Positions 52,793 through 64,000 of a stretch of DNA of 64,000 nucleotides are shown in pieces. The notes beneath the pieces are model-generated. The model was not told the origin of the DNA. It saw nothing but the letters and a program-made list of their open reading frames with translations, and did no database searches. Position numbers and translations under genes: made by a program. The number at the start of each line of letters is the position of its first letter. Position 1 is the first letter of the stretch. Source of the stretch: Eledone cirrhosa (Eukaryota); NCBI GenBank assembly GCA_964016885.1, contig OZ024740.1:346642001-346706000 (forward strand), given 5' to 3'.

Positions 52793-55700
52793 GAGTTCAT
52801 TTATTGGCCAGAGGGCCGACATATAGGGGACAATACAAAAGACTGGGACAGTGGGGGGCTTACAGAAAAATCGAGTAAACAATATGAATAACAATAACAA
52901 ATAACAAGAAAAATACAAGAAAAATTCCCCAATAAGGAGGAATGACCACCCAGGTACCCCACCAACCCTGAACGACCAGACGCTTCAAGAGCACCCTGGA
53001 AGGGCACCCCTCTCCTCCTCAAATGTACCCACCTACAGCCGCATTACCAGAGTAGGCCCATTAACACGAGCCATTCTCGCCACCTTCACTCACCTTTCAG
53101 CAAATGTACTGGGGGAAGCACTTCTCTTTCCCCCTCAACTTCCTTTCAAAGTGAAACTTGAAAAAGTTGATGAGGGATTAGCCGAAGAGAAAAGTGTATG
53201 TCTTTATTCCTTTCAACCTCGTCCACCATACAACCTCTTTCGCTACTGCCACCAGACAGAGGAAAATTGCCTTCCCATCCTGGCCAAAAGAAGGCGGTGG
53301 GTCGATCTTCACTATGGACTCGGCCGATAGCCGGATCCGTTCTACACGCGACAACAACTGTTCAACATAACTCCACAAGTCAGTAATGCACGGACACTGG
53401 ACGAGTGCGTGCAGAACGGTTTCGTCACTCTGCGCGCATCTCGTGCAGGTTCGTCTGACAGCACTTCCGTGCCTGTAGAGTTTATCTCGAACCGGCAGTG
53501 ACCCCGGTAGCACTGCCAAGCGAGGGACTTTTGGAAATTATCCATCGTCCCCGGCTCGAAAGTCGTCCGGAAATACTGGTTAGTTCGACTTTGTCGACTC
53601 CCAGAGCCTCTCCGAGTGCGTCGTCGCACTTGCCCACCACTAATCCTCTATAGAACTCGAGAGTGGAAGTTCCACTGACCGCATTGCCCACCTGGTAGAG
53701 GGCAGTGAGTGCCTGGCAACATTCCAGATGCCAGTCACACAGTATCGGTCTCTTCTTGACCCAGGACTGCAGCTCAGAAACGACGAGCTGCGGAATGGCC
53801 GGTCTGACAAAAAGCGACCACACCTGTTCACCGTTTAGGCAGAATATCTGGAGATGCTGCAGCCTCAGCGCGTGTCTGCGCATCATTAGCCAAGGCATGC
53901 CCAGCCCTCCACGTAGTGGGTGCTGGAAGCAGATTGACCGCCTCACCAGCGGAACCTGAGCCCTCCACAAGAATTTGAAGAGGAGCCGCTCCAAGATGGC
54001 GAGGCGCGAACGGGGGCAAGGGACGACAGTCAAACGGTAGTAGATGACGGACGCGATGTACGCGTTCGCCTCCACCGCCCGACCTTTCAGTGATAGCTTC
54101 ATCCCAGCCCATTTCTGGGTGAGACTGGCTACCCTGCCCGTCACCTCCTCCCAATTCTTATCCACCTGGAGGTAGACCCGAACCAAACCCCGAGCAACTT
54201 TACCGGTCCATCCCTCCAGCTCCTAACGCCGCTGTTGAACGGCATGGACTTGCCTCTGCAGGTGCCGAGCTGCAAGCCCACCGACTTTTCCGGGTTAAGT
54301 TTTGCTCCCGTCAACCTTTGATATACCTCCAATAAGTTGCCGACCACCTCGATTTCTGAGGTGTCCGACACCATCACGGTGATGTCGTCCGCATAAGCCG
54401 ACACAGCCTTTCCGCGTCCCGGTTCGAGCGGGATGCCCTGCAACAGCTCCAGCTTCCGCAGTAAAGGCCCGAGAGTCATTACGTACAGAAGGGAGGAGAG
54501 AGGAAACCCTTGATGCACCGATCGCGAGACCTGAAACGGTTACGAGAGGTGGCCATTAATTTTTACCACTGAGCAGGTGCCGGTGTCCATTGCAGCGATC
54601 CAGCTTCTGAAGACAGGGCCCAAGCCAGCCGCCTTGAGGACAGCCTCCAGGTACCGATGGTCGACCCTATCGAATGCTTTCGATTGATCTAAATTGACCA
54701 GAACCCCACCGAAGCCAGGTTTTACTCTACCCTCTCTATAATGTATCGCATTAGGTGTAGGTTGCCGTGTATGGACCTGGTTGGGATTGCGCAAGTTTGC
54801 GCCTCCCCAACCAAATCCCCGACGACAAGCGCCAACCTCTTCGCTAACACCCTGGCCAAAATCTTAAACTCTTTGTTGAGCAGAGTTCTGGGCCTGAAAT
54901 TGTCTAATGTGTCCCTCTTGTTCTCATCTTTCCTGATCAGCGTCACTACGCCCAGGCTCACAGAACTGGGAATACTCCCGTTTTGCTTCCACTTGCAGTA
55001 GAGGGCTTCGAGGAGATTAGAGAACAAGTCTGGTATATTTATGTAAAGTTCGTAGGGCAGACCATTCAAACCCGGTGACTTGCGCCTAATGAAGCGGACA
55101 AGGGCATCCCGAATCTCGCCTGAAGTAATTGGCCTTTCGCAGCGCCCAGCGTCAGCCGTCGAGAGTTGCGGCAAGCCATCGAGGTAGGGACTGAAGTTCG
55201 CCACCATCTCTGACCCGCCACTTCCCCCAAACAACTGAGCAAAATGTTGGCGAAAGGCCTCACACATCCGCTTGGAATCGCTCAGCTCGTCTCCGTCTCT
55301 GTCCGTCAAAGACCGAATCTTGTTTTTATTACCATGCTGAAGCATGGCCTCTTTTTTTTGCTGCTGCTGCCGCAGCGAAAGTGTTCTTGTTGTCGTTGTG
55401 GGTGTTGTTGTCGTTGTCGTTATTCTTGTTGGTGTTGTTGTTATCACTGTCGCTGTTATCATTGTTGTCTTTGTTGCCACCGTTGTTCTCGGTGCAGTTG
55501 GTATTGTTGTTATTGGTGTTGTCGCTGTTTGTTTTCATGTTAGTGGTGTTGATATTGTTGTTGCATTTGTCATTTTTTTTTTGTTATCTGTTTTTTCGTT
55601 GTCGCTGTTACTGTCATTTTTTTTCAAAATTAGAATTCTCATTGGTATCATTGGTGCCTTTGTTTACATTGTTTGTGGTGGTGTTTGTGTTATCAATATC

Positions 55701-55844
55701 TGTTAATTTCGCCGTAGCGCTCCTCTCAACTTCTACGTCGTTGTAGCACGACAGCAGAGGGGAATGGCTCAGCCAAGTTTTTTTTGTTTTTTTTTCTTCT
55801 CGTTAATGTTTTAAAATTTTTAAAATTTCAAATATTTGGGCCAA
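52793..55844 (-). mobile_element. Tx1 family A copy A3, ~2.7 kb internal deletion (APE and most of ORF1 lost), RT retained
   Basis: AYADD present (54141..54518). The junction at about 55333 joins positions equivalent to A1 3850 and 6519. The extreme 5' ~150 bp is missing. Confidence 0.93.
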
Positions 55845-55852
55845 ATAATAAT

Positions 55853-55885
55853 GTTTTCTTTATTGACCACAAAGGGTTTACATAA
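55853..55885 (-). mobile_element. Tx1 family B 3'-terminal stub (about 33 bp)
   Basis: GTTTTCTTTATTGACCACAAAGGGTTTACATAA matches the B terminus and follows a short (AAT)n. Confidence 0.75.
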
Positions 55886-56126
55886 TGATAACAGTAAACG
55901 ATTTGAAAGTTTCATTTGTATTTGCAAACATTTGCAGGTAATAAACGAATTCGTCTTAGCTTGACAAATAGTTACACTAATATTTATTGCATGGGAAGTG
56001 GCATAGAAATCATTTATTAATGCCAACTCACGTATCATTCATTATGACTTCCTTTATATCTTTTTCTTAAGTTCCTTGACGTTTTCTCGAGATTTCCTTT
56101 CCATCGATTCTTTCTGCATTTTATCA

Positions 56127-56850
<724 letters not shown>

Positions 56851-57299
56851 ATTGTTGTGTGTGTTTGGTGAACGGAACGAATCTCTACAGAAACGTCTGA
56901 TCTAATCTGATGCGCGTTAACACAAATTGCTCGATTACTATATTACATTAAAGCCGGATACTTACCGACGCGGTATCAGTCGACACGATTAATATGTAAA
57001 TTAAATAAAAAGACACAGCACCTAACATAAATGAAACACGCATGGAAATATATACCGTAATGTTATGTTTAAAATATCTAACTTACTTCGATATTCAACC
57101 TCGCTGGAGCAACATACAGTTTGACGATTCCATCATTTGAATCGATCAACATACGAGAAAGAGTAAATGAACAAAAACATTTATTTGTTTTTTGGGGTTT
57201 TTTTTTAATGCCTGTTGAATACATTTACAGAACTAGAAAGGTCAGATAAGAAAATCAAAGTGTTGTTTTTGATATATATATTTATATATTTATATATAC

Positions 57300-58000
57300 C
57301 CTCCTATTATTGAGGAACATGAGAAACAGTACTCAATACCGAAGTAGAGTTTAAGTATTCATTTATTATGGTTTCGATTTATACAACCACAAATACTAAG
57401 ACTTTCGCACAGAGATATCGGGACAACAGTAAGCTGAATTTGGTATTATCACACCCAATTGTCTTTGCTTAGGTGTCATTCCAGAGTTTCTGGGTGCCCC
57501 ACCGCACATGAGGCTGACAGAGAATACTTTCTCTATTTAATAAGGATGTTATCTTATCGGGCCGAATTTGATCCTCCTCCGAGACTTTGCTTACGCCATA
57601 ATATCCAATATATTGTACTAAAGCATCATCTTTAGTTCTCTAGGTTGTACTCATATATTGCCTTGTCTCCCAAGCATGCGCCACTGATTTCACGAAGACA
57701 GACATATACACACAGAGCTTGGTGCTTTATATACTGAAGGATTTGACCACATAGTGCTCTGTGCTTTAGATAAAGGAGCCTTCAGGCGCCGAAAGACAGC
57801 TATTGCATTGCTGAGTTTCTTTTCAACATTAGTTTCTGAGTTGCAAAATTTACCGAGAATACAGCCAAAACATGCAAATTTGACTGATCCTACAATTGGA
57901 CGGGTTGCACTTCTACCTCCACAATATGTTTCAGTTTGTTATTCTTAATGCTAAAGTTAAAGCCAATATGAACACAAGCGGTTGCTGCAACACGTGACTC
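57300..58000 (-). mobile_element. Possible degenerate Penelope-like GIY-YIG C-terminal remnant
   Basis: Manual minus-strand translation gives scraps (ALCVYV, YNI.DIMA.AKS, SLLNR) reminiscent of the LS.Y.W..., I.W.I..A and LLN.R.E pattern. Adjacent to (TA)n. Weak support. Confidence 0.3.
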
Positions 58001-58529
58001 AGCTCAATAATGTTATTGGTATGAGAATGTGTTCGCTGTACGACTTTCCACTCCTGAATCTAACTTCTCGTATATGCTTATCAGCTACCTTCTCAGGCTG
58101 CTAAGTATAGCAATGCAAATAACATTACTGTTACTGGTTTTTTTAATTTAACTGCTGCCATGGTGGGGAACCTCCTTCAGGGAATTTACCCTACCATATC
58201 GATCACTATTTCTATTGTTTATTTTCTAAATTGATGATATATTTTCCTTGGGTTTAGTTGTTTTCTGTGGTAAAAAAAAAGTAATTTCCTTTCATATTCT
58301 CTCGCTTTCTTTACATTCTTTTACATCTCACGCACACTTCTCAGCACTACTATCATCACCCCCTCTACAATTATCCCCACCACTACAACCGCTAATAACA
58401 ACACCAACACCAATACTAACATTATCATTACCATCACCATTAATATTATTATTTTTGATTATGCACATTATTTATAATATTTTGCCTAAACTGTTTTACA
58501 TATTATCTTGTTTTCTGTTCTCTTCTGGT

Positions 58530-58530
<1 letters not shown>

Positions 58531-58579
<49 letters not shown>

Positions 58580-58586
58580 GTTATGT

Positions 58587-58633
<47 letters not shown>

Positions 58634-58664
58634 ATACTGCTGCTGCTGCTGCTGCTGGTTATGT

Positions 58665-58698
<34 letters not shown>

Positions 58699-58780
58699 GC
58701 TGTTGCTGCTGCTGCTTCTGCTGCTGGTTATGTTACTACTACTACTACTACTGGTGCTGCTGCTGCTGCTGCTGCTGCTA
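58531..58780. repeat. (TAC/TGC)n compound minisatellite with GGTTATGT spacers
   Basis: Direct read of three to four higher-order units. Confidence 0.93.
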
Positions 58781-58886
58781 CCGCAATCGTTGCTAACCTT
58801 GTTATCACCACTATTGTTCAACATTTTCTTTTATTTTTTGTTCTTGTGAGATATTTCTTGAATTCGCGCTCTTGTTTATTTTTCAG

Positions 58887-59160
58887 AATCAACTGCGGTT
58901 ACGAAGAAGTGTTTGCCGATGCGAAGCACGTGCCAGATGAATATGGATGGGTATGTTTGAACAACATCTGCGTTGTAGTTCAGCGCTTGGCTCGAAAAAC
59001 TTTTTCAACGGCCATGGGACACGATCCAATGATCCTTACTGCTATCTCAATTTCCTTTTCTTCTGTTATCGATCTCTTTTCAAACCTCTGTCTAGTTCTC
59101 AGTTTGTTCTTAACACATAGCTGTCTCTTGATCAAACAACTTAATTTTAATAACCTGTGA
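58887..59160 (+). CDS. Candidate terminal coding exon (Cys-containing, hydrophobic C-terminus)
   Basis: Polypyrimidine tract plus CAG acceptor at 58884-58886, then an open frame INCGYEEVFADAKHVPDEYGWVCLNNIC...LCLVLSLFLTHSCLL. No family recognised with confidence. Confidence 0.35.
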
Positions 59161-60439
59161 CACGACCGCCAAACACCGGATATTGTTTGGAATTTGATTA
59201 ACGGACGGAATAAGTCCCTCCTTCCATTTCAAATCATTGCTTTCTCATAATGGCGAAGTTTACTCCGCACTTAAGCAAGTCCCTAGCATTGTATGGAATA
59301 ACTAACAAAAGAAAGGAGTCTGCCAACAGGCAAGAACGGACAGACTTGAAAATTTGATTGAGAGTTGTATTCGTTAGAAACTATAACAAATATTTAAGAG
59401 CCTGCTAATTCTTTTTTTTTTTAAATGTTTATTTATCTGGTTTTGGAGAAATTTAGTTTAACCAGTCAATTAACTTGTTTGCTTTTTCAGTATTATGATT
59501 TTACTTTTGTTGTTTAATTTGGTATTATTGTTTCTATTATTACTTTAGTACATTATTTCTGATCATGTTGATTCCTTTTCGTTTTATTTTTACGTGGTGG
59601 AGTGTTTAGGCAAATTGTATCAGGGAATATCTGAAAAATTCTCCACCAAATAGAACAATAAAACAAATACAAAAATATTACCCGCATGGATAACCACTTG
59701 CAATCACTTATCAGTAAGAATATAAAATGGCTTTTCTTAAAGGCATTGGTAAGTTTAATGACTGAGTTCTTCGTAATTACAATTGTTAAACGTTCGTTTA
59801 TTGGATATTGAAAAAACTGTTATAGTTGCATTGAATTGTTTTACACTCATGTGTATGACTACGGATCATAGTTATAACATCTGCATTCATTGCTTCTGTT
59901 TATTTGTTTTATTGGTTTTATTTTTCGATAATACTCCGGATGAAATATAGAAACGATAAATATTTCATTGGCAGTAGCACAGTAAAAACATATGTTAGAA
60001 AACAATAACATCAGTATATTCTTTAAAAATGAATAGAAAACAACGCACAATATTCCAGACAGACAGGTTCCTGATACTATATCAAATATGAATAAAACTG
60101 TGTGTCTTCTCAGTCATATATTACTTCTCACTCACATGTTATTGTTCCCGTATATGTATTTTACAATTTTCTTTTTTTAGTGCTAAAACTAATGAACTAT
60201 TGGTAAATCTTTCCTATATTTGCTTCAGTCAGAATTGTGGTAAAAACATAAATACACTCAAAAATAGATACATTTACTGCAAGCTTTACACCAGAATATA
60301 AATGAAAATGAAACATTTCTTCAGATATAATAGGTCTCCCCAAATAGAATAATGCGCGGGTCTCTAATTCGATTAATCGATAGATTAGTAGATTCATTAA
60401 AGGTGCGTCGGATAAATACTATATAGATATAGTTCCAGT

Positions 60440-60520
60440 CTTCTGAGTTCGAATTGTGCTGGATTCATGTTTTCATTCCATCAGGGTCGATCAATAAATT
60501 CTAATCAGCTACTTGGATCC
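60440..60520 (+). mobile_element. Degenerate SINE fragment
   Basis: TCTGAGTTCGAAT...AGGGTCGATCAATAAA resembles the B box and central domain. Confidence 0.5.
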
Positions 60521-60868
60521 AATACTTGTCTTTCTCACACACATATTCTGAGAATATATTTGCATTGCAAGGTGAGGGAATATCGAGGTAAAATCACAAT
60601 ATGCATTGCCTCCATTCGAAAAGAGATATCGTCATATGTTTCATGCAACAAAAGTACTGGACCGTAAATTCAGCTGAAAATGAATGATGAGTTATACAAG
60701 ATAGAATCGTTAAGAAAATTAGAGAATAATATATAAGTATACACACTTGCATAGGTTTACATTAAGTTTCGATTGCAGGATAGAAAAGTTTCGTTTCACC
60801 TCTACTATTTATACAACTGATCACGTCATGTAATTTCACAAGAAATATTTCTATTATTAATTCAGTGA

Positions 60869-61090
60869 GGGCGGTGGCTTGGCAGTATTGGTAGAGCGTC
60901 GGACATCCTGCTTAGTGCATAGAGGTACGACCCTTTACGTTCTGAGTTCAAATCCCGCCGATGTTAGATTTGCCTTTCATCATTACAGAGTTGATAAAAC
61001 AAAGTTCCATCACGCAGTGGGATCGATTTAATCGACTTTACCCTCACCCAAAATTGCTGGCCTTGTGTCTAAATCAGAAACCATTATTAA
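60869..61090 (+). mobile_element. tRNA-derived SINE, longer variant
   Basis: TGGCAGTATTGGTAG A box, GAGTTCAAATCC B box, GCCTTTCATC domain, ATT tail. Confidence 0.85.
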
Positions 61091-61569
61091 TTGAGTAAAT
61101 AATTCGGTTGTGGAGACAGCACACAATGTAGTAATTTATTGCTGTTAGTCAACCTGTATTCGTTTGATATATGTGACAGTCCACAAAACACGCATCAAAA
61201 TGGTGTTATTCGTCTGTGTGCAGTGTAGGTGTTAAGATATGTATATCCACTTGTAGTGTAACATATCTTTATAGCAATGTGCCTATAAATATATTATTGT
61301 CTGTATGCGTGTAGGCATAGAAGTATGTATATTGCATGTAGGTATATATATATATTTACATTCGTGTCGCGAATGTGGTTTAGCTTGAATCGTGTAACTC
61401 TGGAGGTACTCCTTTCTACATACGACCCTCTGAGTTCATAGAAGAATATCCAGAATAAGAACTGACTTGATTTAAACTTTAGAAATAATATATGAATCGC
61501 TGTTAAAGAATTGAGAAAATATTCTTCCGACTATCATTAATGCTCGTGTAATATGTATATATATAACTT

Positions 61570-63900
61570 TGATAACTTTGATAGATTTCGGCCAGTATCG
61601 ACCCAGGCTATGTCTAACTTATTAGCACAGCCTGGCGAAGTGTTTCAAATCGGTATTTGAACATCATGGCCCACTCAAGTCAAGAGTTATTGTTTACGGG
61701 TGTAGGAAGTTTTTCCAGGCTTTCGTGAAGGAATTTATCCAAAGACTTCTGGAACTTTTGGGGTCTGTTTCTTTTTCAATTTGTTTTGGTGTAATTTTAA
61801 AGAGAGAGGGCCAATTGAGGTGAAATAATTGGACCATATTTTTGTTATGATTTTTGTTGTTGGTGGATAGTATGGGGTCTTAGCCTTGAGTATAGTTTAA
61901 AGGTGATGCCAACATCATTTGGGCAATGCTAATAGAATATTTTCCACATCATACAGATAATGTAACGCTCACGGTGGCTTTGGAGAGAATAAAATTTGAG
62001 TTTTCCTGGTCGACTCCAATTGACAAGGCCTGACATGCCATCTATCTTTTTCGTGATTTACCTTTGAGGAGCTTCAATGTTCATGATACTTTGTTTCACA
62101 GTGGACAACGGTATTCCAAGTGGGGTCGGGCAAAAGTGGGGAAGAGAATATTAGGGATATCGCTCGACTCGAACGTTCTGAGAATCCAGGAACACATTCT
62201 GCAGGCCATGTCAACTTTGCTGTTTATATGAGTGACCCAGCTTATGTTGTTGTCCATAGTTACTCGCGAGAATTTCATATGAAGGAAGGGAGTATGAGAG
62301 TGGATTAACTCAAATTAACTCCTCGTTCAACAGCATATTGTTCTTTTCCGTCTATTGAATAACAGAGAGAATATCTGATTGGAGGCATATCCGGTCACCC
62401 ACGCCATTGATGACCTTCTGGAGCTTGGAATCTTCTGGGAAGGTTCTGATGCTTCTGTGCTTGATGTTGTCATTAATGTCATTAATATAGATAATGAAAA
62501 GAAGTGGGCCCAACACAGTGCGTTGTGGGACACCACTACTGACGTTGGCTGGGCTGGATTTATAATCCTTCGACTACAACATGTTGGGCTCTGTTTAACA
62601 GGATACACATGATCCACTGTAGCAGATTTCCAGTGACACCAATGTTGGATAATTTTCTCAGTAGAATGCTGTGATCAACCCAGTCAAATGATTTGCTGAA
62701 ATAAAGATAGATGACATCAGTGTTGAAGCCTTCTCCCAAATTCTCAAAATTTCATCGAAATGATGCATTAGCTGCGTTCGGCCATCCCTTCCATTACGAA
62801 ACTCATGCTGGATGGAGTTCAGCAGATTGTTGCTTTCAAGACAGTGAGTTATTCGTGATTTCACCACCATCTCAAACACTGTAATGATATGAGAGGTTTA
62901 ATGTAATCGGACGGTAATTCACGCAAGGGATTTGTTTCCCTTTTTGTAAACTGGGACAACAGACTGGAATAGTAAGTTTTCTGGTATATATCCAGCATCC
63001 AGTAAGGTCCTTCACAGATTAGCAAGCGGAGATGCAAGTTGGTGTCGACACACCTTCAGGACACAATCAGGGAACCTATCGGGGCCTACTGCTGAATTGT
63101 GCTCAGTTTCGTTTATTGACGCCAAGTTATCAGGGGTGCCAAACTGTATGTCTGATATAGTGTCTTGGGGATTAACATCACTGATACAGCCCAGATCATA
63201 CATATCAGGATATCTCACCCATGATTTTAGCATTATCTTGGAGAGTGCCATTTTCATTAATATGAGGACCAACAGTGGAACCAGTGACGTCGTGTGTTTT
63301 TCTTTTTTTTTGCAAATGAAAAGAACACTTTGGGATTCAGTTTGATTTTCTCAATGGCCCAGGCCTCATCAGCTGCTCTTTGATTGTTGATGATAGACAT
63401 CATGCTGTTTTGGAGGTTGTATTTTTTCATTTCTAGTGATGTAATGGCAGTCAAATGGATTTGTTGCTGCTGGCAGTATTTAACTTTGTTGATTGTTTTG
63501 TTAATTCTTTTAATTTTTCTGATATATGTTTATCTCTGTCTAGGGATTCTGTACTTAGATTTGTATTCAGATCTTAATGGCGTATGTTTTGTACATATGT
63601 TTGATACAGAGTTTACAAATGTCTGCCAGGATTTTTTTTTATTTTAGTGGGTGTGTGAATGTGCGCGAAGGACCAATCGGCATGTGCAAGATTATGATTG
63701 ATCGCTTCCCAGTTTGCATTATGAAGATCTATGGTGTCAAATGGATGAACTGGAGAACTGTCATTGGGTTTGCGTTTTGGACGGAGGAATCTCAAATCAC
63801 AGAGAAACATGACATAGTCTGAGAGTAGAGATTTTCCACTGCAATGTCGCGGATAGTGTCAGTGTGTTTACCTAACATTAGGTCCAAGACGATTTTGTGG
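61570..63900 (-). mobile_element. CR1/L2-like LINE ORF2 remnant, 5'-truncated and decayed
   Basis: Scraps LDLM, ADW, NPKVFFSFAKK, AVGPDRFP..VLK, QHEFRNGR, FSKSFD, VPQRTVLGP, SWVTHIN...WILRTF, RPHLEY. Boundaries approximate. Confidence 0.8.
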
Positions 63901-63944
63901 CACCTTGTTGTATATACATATATATATACAGAGTACTGATACTA

Positions 63945-64000
<56 letters not shown>

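Noticed and set aside
54722-55480. Novel ORF1-RT fusion protein in A3
   Set aside because: It results from a deletion, uses the off-frame Thr-rich reading of ORF1, and the RT is frameshifted downstream.

Overview
This is AT-rich, microsatellite-dense animal genomic DNA. The SINE type and repeat landscape suggest a cephalopod (Octopus-like), which is an inference. No intact host gene is evident. Two clusters (1-24.3 kb and 40.7-55.9 kb) consist almost entirely of non-LTR retrotransposons joined end to end through short (AAT)n tracts. They contain at least four distinct Tx1-like (L1 group; APE-RT-CCHC) families, called A, B, C and D here, and two Dong/R4-like (RT plus restriction-like endonuclease) copies that use the same repeat in the opposite polarity. 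All copies are decayed. Every A copy sits directly downstream of a B 3' end. The spacer (24.3-40.7 kb) holds tRNA-derived SINEs, a 2.2 kb (TA/TACA) satellite and a series of fold-back or palindromic elements abutting (TA)n. One of these carries a canonical-looking minimal type I hammerhead ribozyme of the Penelope-like type (30653-30696). The right end holds a possible host exon, a SINE and a decayed CR1-like LINE. Family names and all alignments were made by eye.
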